Below, piece after piece: positions 1 through 8,702 of a stretch of 64,000 nt of DNA. Made by a program: the position numbers and the translations under genes. Below the pieces are notes generated by a model, which saw nothing but the letters and a program-made list of their open reading frames with translations, did no database searches and was not told the DNA's origin. Each line of letters starts with the position of its first letter. Position 1 is the first letter of the stretch. Source of the DNA: a virus. Location: positions 46,920 to 110,919 of the IMG/VR virus record IMGVR_UViG_3300025759_000064. One strand, 5' to 3'.

Positions 1-2
1 CG

Positions 3-650
3 TCTTGTTGGAATACCTGCTTTTTGTAATCTAATTAGGTCTTCTCTAAAAGGGTCAAATATCTTATGTTCTCCAATTCTACCTTCTCTCCATAATTGAG
101 CGGCCTTGTTATCAAAATATCTATCCGCTTTATTAGCAACTAGAAGAATCATTTTTGGTGCATACTTTTTCCCTTTTCTCCAACTTTTCCAATTTCTATA
201 TCTATAATTTCTTTCTATTATATTATCTACTAAAAATCTAAATCCACCTATTTGGGTTAAAGCATCGTCGCCACCTTTGAAAGCCCTATCATCAAACATA
301 AATATCGCATATTCGCATTGTCTAGCGACCATATCATCTATCCAAAGATTCCAATATCTTTCTTCTCCACCTAAATCAGCAGAGTGAATAACTCTTCTCT
401 CTCCTTCCCAACGCACTCTTTTACGTGTAGGTTTAGGTAAAATATAGCGAGTTATTAATTTGAAATGTTTAGTCCTTTCGTGTTCAGGTATTTCTTCCAT
501 TTCACCGGGCGTAGTCATATATTTGTCTAAAGTAGTTTTACCAACCATAGACGCGCCATATATTCCCACTCTTCTAGATTTCCAATTATTGTAGGCTTGT
601 TTACCGTATAAGGCTACACCCACTAATATACTGCCGCTTGCCGCAACCAT
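3..650 (-). CDS. Arf/Sar/Ras-superfamily small GTPase with hydrophobic N-terminus (3' end runs off the window)
   Basis: Absent from the ORF track because it is truncated. My translation from ATG 650 is MVAASGSILVGVALYGKQAYNNWKSRRVGIYGASMVGKTT...ADLGGEERYWNLW...AIFMFD...ILLVANKAD, which contains G1 (GxxxxGKT), G3 (DxxG) and G4 (NKxD). Confidence 0.85.
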   Translation of the reverse strand, partial: MVAASGSILVGVALYGKQAYNNWKSRRVGIYGASMVGKTTLDKYMTTPGEMEEIPEHERTKHFKLITRYILPKPTRKRVRWEGERRVIHSADLGGEERYWNLWIDDMVARQCEYAIFMFDDRAFKGGDDALTQIGGFRFLVDNIIERNYRYRNWKSWRKGKKYAPKMILLVANKADRYFDNKAAQLWREGRIGEHKIFDPFREDLIRLQKAGIPTR

Positions 651-655
651 ATCAA

Positions 656-943
656 TCAACTAAACTTATTTGTTAACCATGTTCCAAAGTCTGCTACTTT
701 TTGATATACCCATTCAACTGTCATTTCCCATAAGTTCCAATCTGTATTGGCTTCCATTGCAGAAACAGCCATTGCTGCACCGACAGAACATAATATTGTT
801 CTAATCCAACCCAGTCCCCATTCGTAGGTATTATCTACTGTATTTGCTAAATGCATAGCACGCAGTGTTTCTTCAACTGAATCATCACCAACATTGCGAA
901 AAATACGCAATGGAGAAGGAATTAACTGTCCGGGTAGTACCAT
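656..943 (-). CDS. small membrane protein
   Basis: Hydrophobic segment WGLGWIRTILCSVGAAMAVSAM; co-oriented with and directly upstream of the GTPase. Confidence 0.65.
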   Translation of the reverse strand: MVLPGQLIPSPLRIFRNVGDDSVEETLRAMHLANTVDNTYEWGLGWIRTILCSVGAAMAVSAMEANTDWNLWEMTVEWVYQKVADFGTWLTNKFS

Positions 944-954
944 ACTGCTTTACC

Positions 955-1620
955 TCAGGAGGCTTTGTATCTTAAATCCGGCGTACCGTCTTTCTTTAAT
1001 CGCTGATTTGTTGGTTGCCCATCTCTTGGTGGTATAGGTAATGTTCGTGGAGGTAAGTTAGACTGGCTTGTCATTGCATCTACTGCTCTTTGTGTATTCG
1101 ACAAACCTAGATTCATCGGTGCTTCTTTTTGTGCAGAATGAGTAGGTACTCCAAATGGATTAGCGGTGTTATGATAATCACCAGCGACACCATCGGATAT
1201 ATTACTACCATTAAAGAACTGACTATTTTGCATTATTCTACTAGGGTCTTCTTGCATTAAACGTAATTCATGTTCTAATTGTAATTCCATTTGTCTTAAT
1301 TCTAAGTCTGCTCTACGTTGGTCAAAACCCATTTGTTGCTGTCTATACATGTTTTGTCTATTTCTTTGCATTTCAGCAACTTCTACTTTTTCTTTCATAG
1401 ATTGTTCAAAGAACATTTTGAATAAGTAATAGGCTATTGTTTGTACTGCGAGCGCACCCATAGCATACGTCATTCCATTAATAGTGGAATTAGCATTAGC
1501 CCCTGTTGGTAACCATAACCCTGAACTATACACTCCTACTGCTACTCCTACTAACGCAGATTGGGACAAAATTAGCCCTGTCATTTTCATTTCATTTGTA
1601 TCTCCGATGTCTCTACTCAT
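955..1620 (-). CDS. two-TM membrane protein with Q/R-rich coiled coil
   Basis: Two hydrophobic helices (LILSQSALVGVAVGVY; MTYAMGALAVQTIAYYLF), then a coiled coil and C-terminal RLKKDGTPDLRYK. Confidence 0.7.
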   Translation of the reverse strand: MSRDIGDTNEMKMTGLILSQSALVGVAVGVYSSGLWLPTGANANSTINGMTYAMGALAVQTIAYYLFKMFFEQSMKEKVEVAEMQRNRQNMYRQQQMGFDQRRADLELRQMELQLEHELRLMQEDPSRIMQNSQFFNGSNISDGVAGDYHNTANPFGVPTHSAQKEAPMNLGLSNTQRAVDAMTSQSNLPPRTLPIPPRDGQPTNQRLKKDGTPDLRYKAS

Positions 1621-1670
1621 ACTGTGACCTCGCTCTAGCCCACGGTGGGGGTCATCTTAAGCCTTATCTG

Positions 1671-1741
1671 TCCGAATATTCTAATGTCTTGTATATACAT
1701 AAAGAATAATATGTACTATTGTATAGATAGACAATCGGAAT
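1671..1741. repeat. 71-bp imperfect palindromic element, copy A
   Basis: TCCGAATATTC...GTATATAC...TGTATAGATA...ATCGGAAT; aligns without gaps to the reverse complement of 47988-48058. Confidence 0.6.
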
Positions 1742-2217
1742 CATCGGACAGGCCATATACCTTCAGGTGCATATTTTTGCCACATAGATTGAGCCTCAGG
1801 TGATTGGTCATTATCAGGGGTTAATGTTTGGTCATAATTAGATAACACTTCTGCCATAGTATCATAGAGATTTTTAGCATATCCTCTTTGTCGATAAGGT
1901 TGTTCTGTTCTCGCATTCATAACACTGGTAGTGTTTCTATCGCCTAAAGTTCTAGCATTCATTCTATTCCTATCACTAATATTCCCAGCGATATTTAATC
2001 TAGGTCGTGTTCTTTTCAAAGGTTTACCAAAATAAGTTCCACCGTTTTCTCGCCTTCTAACATCTATGTCTGTTTGTAATATTTCATTAGTAACAGGGTC
2101 TTGAAAATCAGCAGCCCACGTATCGTGTTCGCCTGATGGTTCAGATGTTACTCTTCTTAATGAATCGGGAATCATAGGCGCTTTGAGCACAATCCACGCT
2201 TGGTCGAAGGCGGTCAT
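1741..2217 (-). CDS. leader-tagged GNAT-like acetyltransferase
   Basis: N-terminal MTAFDQAWIVLK; acetyl-CoA motif A-like YRQRGYAKNLY; C-terminal QSPEAQSMW. Confidence 0.7.
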   Translation of the reverse strand: MTAFDQAWIVLKAPMIPDSLRRVTSEPSGEHDTWAADFQDPVTNEILQTDIDVRRRENGGTYFGKPLKRTRPRLNIAGNISDRNRMNARTLGDRNTTSVMNARTEQPYRQRGYAKNLYDTMAEVLSNYDQTLTPDNDQSPEAQSMWQKYAPEGIWPVR

Positions 2218-2432
2218 TGATTATCACTCCACCAAGTATCTACTTCAGGGTCATTCATCAAATCTTCATTAAAATAATAGAAATGCTTCTTGTAACAATC
2301 ATCACATAACATTCTTGGAAAATCAACGCCATCATCAAGTGTATGATTCTGACTGTTTAACAAAGCACCACAATGTGAACAAGCGCCCACTTCTAATTTT
2401 AGCAAAGCCCACGCTTGGTCGAAGGGGTTCAT
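2214..2432 (-). CDS. leader-tagged small Zn-finger protein
   Basis: Likely start MNPFDQAWALLK at 2432 (TGATG overlap with the upstream stop); CxxC...CxxC. Confidence 0.65.
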   Translation of the reverse strand: MNPFDQAWALLKLEVGACSHCGALLNSQNHTLDDGVDFPRMLCDDCYKKHFYYFNEDLMNDPEVDTWWSDNQ

Positions 2433-2791
2433 CAGCAGTTCCACCGTTTGAGCGCTGCGCCCTTCGGTGTTAGTTTTCCACCTTTACTGGTCGGTCCTTT
2501 GCTCCCACCCATTCTAGCACAGAATGACTTTCTTCTGTTTGCCGCTTTACTACCGGGTTTTAGTGAACTTGGTTTTTTAGTAACAGGTCTTTTCAAGTTT
2601 GCACCTGTCTCTCGCTTGAACTTTGCACGCCCTTTTGCATTTAGACCACCACTTCTGCTATGCCTGTTTGGATTGTAACCGTGAAATGGTTTTGATTTCT
2701 TTTTTGCTTTTTCAAACACAGAATCTAACAGTGCTACTGATGCTTGTTGCATAGGTGTGCAACAGTCACATGTGTCAAATCCCATAGTCAC
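2432..2791 (-). CDS. basic conserved phage protein (DUF6321-like)
   Basis: GGLNAKGR...NLKRPV...RRKSFCARMGG...ALKRWNC is a recognisable marine-phage family; Cys-rich N-terminus. Confidence 0.6.
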   Translation of the reverse strand: MTMGFDTCDCCTPMQQASVALLDSVFEKAKKKSKPFHGYNPNRHSRSGGLNAKGRAKFKRETGANLKRPVTKKPSSLKPGSKAANRRKSFCARMGGSKGPTSKGGKLTPKGAALKRWNC

Positions 2792-3096
2792 CGTAACACA
2801 CCCACCATCTTAACAATTGTTGGCTTTCCGCCCACACCTTGCTTTTTTGCACGTTTTCTTTTTGTTGCTGCTTGCTTCTGACCTGATGACATAGAACCTG
2901 ATGTTTTTGGCGTTTTGCTTGAAACCTTGATTGATGGTCTGCATTTAGGATAACCTTTACTAGATTTATTTGCTTTACTTCTACCACACGGAGGATGCTT
3001 ACCATCTTTAGTACGCGACACATCTACCCATTTTTCTTTGAACCAGCGATTTAGGTTCTTAACTACAAGAGTATCATGGCAAGTACATCGTGTCAT
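2788..3096 (-). CDS. basic conserved phage protein
   Basis: LNRWFKEKWVD...PCGR...YPKCRP motif seen in marine phages; overlapping start/stop with both neighbours. Confidence 0.65.
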   Translation of the reverse strand: MTRCTCHDTLVVKNLNRWFKEKWVDVSRTKDGKHPPCGRSKANKSSKGYPKCRPSIKVSSKTPKTSGSMSSGQKQAATKRKRAKKQGVGGKPTIVKMVGVLR

Positions 3097-3254
3097 ACTA
3101 CTCCTACCATTTTCTTAATACTCTTTTGTTTATCCATCAATGCGTAACAAGGACATTTAGGAGCGGATGCTGAACATTGATTACCCTCAATCATACAAAC
3201 GCAAGGCGTTTTACTAGTAGCCCCGCAACAACATTTGTCTTTCTTAAGTTTCAT
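3093..3254 (-). CDS. 53-aa Cys-rich, metallothionein-like peptide
   Basis: My translation: MKLKKDKCCCGATSKTPCVCMIEGNQCSASAPKCPCYALMDKQKSIKKMVGVV; ATGA overlaps at both ends. Confidence 0.6.
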   Translation of the reverse strand: MKLKKDKCCCGATSKTPCVCMIEGNQCSASAPKCPCYALMDKQKSIKKMVGVV

Positions 3255-3421
3255 TTTTTCTTTTTCCCCTTAAACTTACCACGACAATATTGAACAGCCC
3301 ACCCGTTTGCATACGCAGATGGGTAAACATCGAACTTTTTCTTTGCGGCTGCTTTTCCAGCAGGGCATAGTTTTTTCCAAACCGCATCCATACCAACACA
3401 ATGACCGCATTCGCAACTCAT
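3251..3421 (-). CDS. 56-aa basic conserved phage protein
   Basis: My translation: MSCECGHCVGMDAVWKKLCPAGKAAAKKKFDVYPSAYANGWAVQYCRGKFKGKKKK; the KFxVYPSAYAN motif is common in phage small proteins; ATGA overlaps. Confidence 0.65.
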   Translation of the reverse strand: MSCECGHCVGMDAVWKKLCPAGKAAAKKKFDVYPSAYANGWAVQYCRGKFKGKKKK

Positions 3422-4983
3422 TTTTTCACCTTAACCCTGCGAAGTGTACCTTTATTTTTGAAATGCCTTGCTCTATTTGAGTGTGCACTCTCTAAAGTTA
3501 ATTTTCCACCTTGCGTGTGGCTGACATCTTTACCACCTTTTCCGTATATGCCCCGCTTCCTACGCTCTGTGTTTAATTGCTCACGATACTTTACACGCTT
3601 AGGTGTCTTTTGATATTGCTTGTCATACTCTAATTTGTGAGCAAATGCTGCTGGCGACTTGCGCTCTTTGAGCAACTGATAGGCTATGTCCATTGGTTCG
3701 CTGGCTAGTTTCCGATTTTTCCACTCAAAACGGGTAGTATATTCAGGATGGTCTTCGGGAAGCAACGACATTGGAGGACGTTCTTTACTTGGCTCAAGCC
3801 GTCTATATTCATTTTCAAAATGTCGTCTGTTCTCCCTTTTTTGTTTTTCATAATACCTATTGAACTCCTTTATTGAATCCCAATAGTCTTGTTCATTATA
3901 ATCTTTTATATTTCCATATCCGTATAATCTTTCAGAGCCTTCATCTCGCTCGTATGGTTGGATATTGCTGAAATAATCATATAACATATTTTCATCCATA
4001 TCTTCGTCTTCCTGAATATTTTTAAGCAACTGGAGGGCTATGTCCATTGGACTACCTTTAGTCAATTCGTAGATTTCATCTTTAGTTTTACCATAAAATA
4101 AATTATGTAACTCATCTGCATCCATATCTTCTATCTTTTTTCGTTTAATCGGCTTACCCCAAGGTAAAGGTTTGTCGCTCCATCTACTAATTCGGCCACT
4201 TGGCCTTCTGTCTGTATTACTAATATTACGACCTAAATTGGGAGTGCCCATCTCTAGTGTTTCGTCTTTATAATGTCGTCGCAATGGTACTTCAACTAAA
4301 CTTTCACGTGGAATATTTTCATCATGCTCAATAAACGCTTCTGCTAAATCTTCTTTTGCTTCGTCACTATCTCTTCTGTGCACTTTTCCGTATTTATCAA
4401 GATTTCCACGTACATAAACTAACTTATCGGGGGCATTATGGGTGTATAAATTATTAATATCTCCCATTGTATTATTTGAAACCCAAGTTCCAGCCTTTGC
4501 ATTTTTTAATCCAGCGAAAAGTTTTCGCGCGCGGGGATGATACTTACCATCTCTATGCGCACCTGCCATATAATACGGTACATTTGATATAGGGTCTTTC
4601 CTCCATCTCGAATTAGGGTCTTCCCAAACAGGGTCATTATCATGGGGTATTTCAGGAATCAGTGGTGGAAGTCTTGGGTCACCTTCTTCATAGTTTATAT
4701 TAGAGCCATCTTGCGGTACAGGTTCTCCCGCAGGTCTATGCGCCCCTTGTACACGAACAGCCCTAACGGGGTCCCATCCTTCCCAACCAGTTGTGTAATC
4801 TAATCTAGGGTCATGCATTGGCAACTTTGTTTGATAATTATTTTCAATTGTGTACTCCGGGTGATTTGGAAACAATTGCGCTCTTCTCGCTTGTTCCATC
4901 ATATCCATATATTCTTTCGATTCTTTAATAGCCTCTTCATCTTCTAACGATTTTAGAAAAGCCCAAGATTTGTTAAACACCAT
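3418..4983 (-). CDS. leader-tagged multi-module protein (ART-like domain, acidic module, C-terminal HNH-like module)
   Basis: Likely start MVFNKSWAFLK at 4983; internal PMDIALQLLK and PMDIAYQLLK separate the modules; GTWVS...EAFIEHDENIP is ART-like; KDVSH...ESAHSNRARH is HNH-like. Confidence 0.65.
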   Translation of the reverse strand: MVFNKSWAFLKSLEDEEAIKESKEYMDMMEQARRAQLFPNHPEYTIENNYQTKLPMHDPRLDYTTGWEGWDPVRAVRVQGAHRPAGEPVPQDGSNINYEEGDPRLPPLIPEIPHDNDPVWEDPNSRWRKDPISNVPYYMAGAHRDGKYHPRARKLFAGLKNAKAGTWVSNNTMGDINNLYTHNAPDKLVYVRGNLDKYGKVHRRDSDEAKEDLAEAFIEHDENIPRESLVEVPLRRHYKDETLEMGTPNLGRNISNTDRRPSGRISRWSDKPLPWGKPIKRKKIEDMDADELHNLFYGKTKDEIYELTKGSPMDIALQLLKNIQEDEDMDENMLYDYFSNIQPYERDEGSERLYGYGNIKDYNEQDYWDSIKEFNRYYEKQKRENRRHFENEYRRLEPSKERPPMSLLPEDHPEYTTRFEWKNRKLASEPMDIAYQLLKERKSPAAFAHKLEYDKQYQKTPKRVKYREQLNTERRKRGIYGKGGKDVSHTQGGKLTLESAHSNRARHFKNKGTLRRVKVKK

Positions 4984-4984
4984 T

Positions 4985-5203
4985 CTAAATCCATCCTGAT
5001 GTCCTCTTTGATTGTTGTGTCTTAGGTTGTGACGTAGGTTGAGGCGGATTGGCTTGCATATTTCTTTTAGCATCTGCGTTTTTAGCCATTATCATGTCTT
5101 GTAGAGACATAAAGCGACCTGAGCCGGGAGGATATTCGTGCATATCAATGGGGTCTGCTTTGAGAAATTGCCAAGCCTCATTGAATGCGGTCAACCCAAT
5201 CAC
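4985..5203 (-). CDS. leader-tagged small protein
   Basis: LTAFNEAWQFLK leader; tightly packed between its neighbours. Confidence 0.6.
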   Translation of the reverse strand: MIGLTAFNEAWQFLKADPIDMHEYPPGSGRFMSLQDMIMAKNADAKRNMQANPPQPTSQPKTQQSKRTSGWI

Positions 5204-6345
5204 CTATTTGCAAAAACATCTTTTGGCATACGAGGTCTTGGTTTGTTAGGGTCTGCAAATCGTGGGTCACCCGGTCTAGGCGCACCACGTGGTTTTCGCA
5301 TTTCAGGCATACCTTCCGCCATTATTGCAGCCCGTTCCGCTTCATTCATTTCCGCTTGGCGTGCATCTTCATCACCAAACTCAGGTTTACCGTATGGCGG
5401 TCCTAAATCTTCCCCATCATATTCAGGAAAACCTTCATCATCGTATCTACTTGGACCGGGCATACTATCTCTAGTGTAATTATTCGCCCCTTTTCTATGT
5501 AAATCTTCGTCTATAAAACGTTGAGGAGACATATCAGGAAGATTTCGTGCTCTGACGTGTTCGGGTAAATTAGATATTCTAAAGTTTTGCTTCAACATTT
5601 CAAATGCTTTTTGCATAGGTTTACCCCTGCCGGGGATTCGATGTAGCATTTTTGAATTGATAAGTTCTTGTAATTTTGCCTCACTTGCTGCTCTTTTACC
5701 AAGTTTAGTGTTTTTTAACGCTTCTTGCAAAAATGGGGCATAATCATCCTTAAAATCCCGCACCTCTTTATTAGTTGGGTGTGTTTGTTGGTATGAGTAA
5801 GATTGTGGTGCTTTGGTTCTTCTTTGGTTATCTTTGTTAGCATAAGCATTCATTTGGTCCATAGGGTCATCTACACTTCCATATGGCATACTATCGGCGT
5901 AGTACTCAGGGTGCATATCTAACGTTGGGGTTTTACCATCACGGTAATCTAATGCACTTTCATTTGCACGAAGATTCAGATTTGGCAAGTCTGCATTTTC
6001 GTCATTATAACTACCTGATGTCAAATGGGGGTTTTCTTTCATGCGCCTCTGCATCATCCCATATATCGCAGGGTGTATAGTACCCGCACCCTCTTGCCTC
6101 TCTCCGACATCAGGGCCTTCTCCTTGGTAAGTGATTTCTGCTAGATTGGCTCTGTCATAAGCAGGTTCAAACATTTGATGCTCAGGTAGCGCTTTCAAGG
6201 TCTGCCACGATTTCTTCATAGGCATAGAGCCGTATTTCTTCATGTTCGGTGTAGCGGCATCGGTGGGCTTAGTTTTCATTTTTGGCCCAATGCTGATAAT
6301 TACAGCAACGCCCTTTTTCTTTTTCTTGTCTTTCATTTTAATCAC
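5200..6345 (-). CDS. low-complexity multi-module protein with two internal leader-like motifs
   Basis: 381-aa ORF containing MPMKKSWQTLK and PMQKAFEMLK; P/D/E-rich. Confidence 0.65.
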   Translation of the reverse strand: MIKMKDKKKKKGVAVIISIGPKMKTKPTDAATPNMKKYGSMPMKKSWQTLKALPEHQMFEPAYDRANLAEITYQGEGPDVGERQEGAGTIHPAIYGMMQRRMKENPHLTSGSYNDENADLPNLNLRANESALDYRDGKTPTLDMHPEYYADSMPYGSVDDPMDQMNAYANKDNQRRTKAPQSYSYQQTHPTNKEVRDFKDDYAPFLQEALKNTKLGKRAASEAKLQELINSKMLHRIPGRGKPMQKAFEMLKQNFRISNLPEHVRARNLPDMSPQRFIDEDLHRKGANNYTRDSMPGPSRYDDEGFPEYDGEDLGPPYGKPEFGDEDARQAEMNEAERAAIMAEGMPEMRKPRGAPRPGDPRFADPNKPRPRMPKDVFANR

Positions 6346-6347
6346 TT

Positions 6348-6695
6348 TTAATTTTGATATTGTGGATTATTTTGCTGGTACGGTGGCCTTTCATGCTCAA
6401 ATGGGTTTCTTTTAGCCTCAAATGGTTTGGGTTGATGAGGTTGGTAAGGGTTGTAAGGTAGGTTGTTATCATTTGGATTACCTTGTCCGTATGGCGCATT
6501 TTGCTTCATTCTCTCCATGTACTCGTCCAAAGTTCGCTGTTTACCTTCTTTTGATGGAGAGGGGGCGTAAGGGTTAGGTTGAGGATTATTTCGGTAAGGT
6601 TGGTTAGATGGATTGGAAGGCATTGCTCGGTGGTATAAATAATTCGGGTTAGGTGCGCTTTTCAAAAACGTCCACGCTGTTTCAAATGCTGTCAT
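6348..6695 (-). CDS. leader-tagged N/P/Q/Y-rich protein with PIP-box-like motif
   Basis: MTAFETAWTFLK leader; KQRTLDEY. Confidence 0.65.
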   Translation of the reverse strand: MTAFETAWTFLKSAPNPNYLYHRAMPSNPSNQPYRNNPQPNPYAPSPSKEGKQRTLDEYMERMKQNAPYGQGNPNDNNLPYNPYQPHQPKPFEAKRNPFEHERPPYQQNNPQYQN

Positions 6696-6964
6696 TCTCC
6701 TTGACCCCCTCTAAATGACTCAAACCATTCGGGATGGTTCTGTCTGTAAAAATCAATTATTTTAGCATCTTCTTCGTGGTCATCTATTTTTTCACGTAAT
6801 TTTGAAGCCTTTTGCTTCTTTTTACGGCTATCAGACCTTGTTTTACCAGTTTGATTCAGTGCCTCTTCCATGTAACTTGGCATATCGTGCTGCATAGCAA
6901 CTTGAGAGGAGGGGGACATTTTTAGCACATTTATTGCTGCATCTATTGGATTCATTTTATTCAC
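6692..6964 (-). CDS. small protein with degenerate leader
   Basis: MNPIDAAINVLK at the N-terminus. Confidence 0.6.
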   Translation of the reverse strand: MNKMNPIDAAINVLKMSPSSQVAMQHDMPSYMEEALNQTGKTRSDSRKKKQKASKLREKIDDHEEDAKIIDFYRQNHPEWFESFRGGQGE

Positions 6965-7136
6965 CTTTTACGCATCGGCGTGGTAACTACGTGCACCGCT
7001 AGTAATGCGATATGTCTAATATGTTACGCTCTATCCTGAGGGCGTGGTGGCTTCCATTCCGCAGGGTCAAGTTGTTGTAAGTTCTTCTTCTTTCCACATT
7101 CATTACCTCAAAAAAAATAAGCAGACTGGTGGGAAT

Positions 7137-7760
7137 ATGGAAGTCACCGCACCTGTTTTGGTTACTAAAGGCGTAGGAGAAACAGCGCTAAACTTGGGCG
7201 CTCTTGCACTTGCACCATTTACTGGTGGTATGTCGGCAGTTGCCTTAGGAGCAGCAAGAGGCGCACAGGCATTGAGAGCGGTAAAAGCAGCAAAAGGTGC
7301 AAAAACTGCCGTAGGAACTACTCAAGCCGCTAAAACTACTGCTGGTAAAGTTGCAGTTAAAGACCCAATGGCTATGGCAAACGCAAGACATGCAGAGCAA
7401 ATAGCAGAGGCTGGTGAAAGCGGAGGTAGATTAGGTCAATTGCGAAGTAGAGCAGTAACACCAACGGCGGCAGAAGAATTAGAGGCTGCAACTTCAAATC
7501 AAGCAAGAATGAAAGATATAGCAAGCACTACTGATGCAGCAGCAGAAGCGGAAAAAAATCTTGCCGAATTACATGAGCAACAAAAAACTGCAACAGATAC
7601 AGCAGGGGCTGCTGCTGTTGTGGGAGTACAAGGCACAAACGCTGCCGCACAACAAAAACAGGCACAACAAAAAGCCGAAATGGAAAGAATAGAAGGATTA
7701 GCGGAAGATGCTAGGTCAAAAGCCAGCACCGGAACTGGTGGGAAGGTAGCGGTGGCATGA
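7137..7760 (+). CDS. Ala-rich helical protein with hydrophobic glycine-zipper-like N-terminus
   Basis: ATG at 7137; LGALALAPFTGGMSAVALGAA followed by an Ala/Gln-rich coiled coil. Confidence 0.65.
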   Translation: MEVTAPVLVTKGVGETALNLGALALAPFTGGMSAVALGAARGAQALRAVKAAKGAKTAVGTTQAAKTTAGKVAVKDPMAMANARHAEQIAEAGESGGRLGQLRSRAVTPTAAEELEAATSNQARMKDIASTTDAAAEAEKNLAELHEQQKTATDTAGAAAVVGVQGTNAAAQQKQAQQKAEMERIEGLAEDARSKASTGTGGKVAVA

Positions 7761-7853
7761 TTGCCATGGCTCTAAAAGGCTACATTAAACTGCAATTAGC
7801 CCAAATGATACAGCATTTGATTGTCGGCTTAGGACTTGTAGTTGTAGTTACTG

Positions 7854-8702
7854 TTATACTTTTATCTTAGTATTTACAAACTTGACTAGCGGTTCTAAGT
7901 CTTTAAGCGTAACACCACAATCAAGATTCTCTCTATCAGCCCAGTGTACTAACTGTTCTGTGGCTAAATTGCCCCCTGAGCCGGGTACAAACGGGCAACC
8001 GCCCATTCCTCCAATGCTAGAATCGAACTGTGTGATGCCGCAATCGAAGCCAGCAGACAGATTATCGTACATTCTGCCCTCTCTTACACCGTGATGTAGG
8101 TGCAATGCGATATTTGCATCTATCTTTCTGTCAGTTAAACGCATTACTTTGCGTATCATCGATGGGTTAGCATTACCTATGGTGTCAGACAAAACTATTG
8201 TATCGCCTAAGGTATTTGCCCATTCCATGGTTTTTAGCATGTCTTTTGGCGGTATTTCGCCCATAATCGGGCATCCAAAAGATGTAGAAAGGTAAACTCT
8301 GACGTTTTTGGTCGGTATTCTGTCTAATGCGCCACTGTATTCAGCAAAAATTGTGTTTAGGTTTTTACCTAAGTTATTGACATTGAAGTAGTTTGACGGT
8401 GAGAAAAAAATATTATATTTTTCTACACCAACAGACTTTGCCCTTTCAACACCCACACGGTTTGGCACTAACATACCCAAGTTGTGCGTAGAGGCTAAAT
8501 CTTGCACTTTGAGGAATACTACTTCGCTATCAGCCATATTTGGAACTCTGTCAGGATTGACCATTGAGCCAATTTCAATATTTTTGATACCCGTATTTGC
8601 AATTTTACGTATCAAAGTCACCTTATCGTGCGTAGATGTGATTGTATCTGCGCTCTGCAACCCATCGCGTGGTCCTACTTCGTAGATTGAAAAGTCGCTC
8701 AT
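7854..8702 (-). CDS. hmgL: hydroxymethylglutaryl-CoA lyase (DRE-TIM metallolyase)
   Basis: IYEVGPRDGLQ, SFGCP, SDTIG, LHLHH (metal-binding HxH) and GGMGGCPF...GNLATE are all present; likely start at 8702. Confidence 0.9.
   Translation of the reverse strand: MSDFSIYEVGPRDGLQSADTITSTHDKVTLIRKIANTGIKNIEIGSMVNPDRVPNMADSEVVFLKVQDLASTHNLGMLVPNRVGVERAKSVGVEKYNIFFSPSNYFNVNNLGKNLNTIFAEYSGALDRIPTKNVRVYLSTSFGCPIMGEIPPKDMLKTMEWANTLGDTIVLSDTIGNANPSMIRKVMRLTDRKIDANIALHLHHGVREGRMYDNLSAGFDCGITQFDSSIGGMGGCPFVPGSGGNLATEQLVHWADRENLDCGVTLKDLEPLVKFVNTKIKV

Noticed and set aside
4984-5073. N-terminal 30 aa of the 551-aa ORF in the track
   Set aside because: It overlaps the upstream gene; the ATG at 4983 starts at the leader motif and is the more plausible start.
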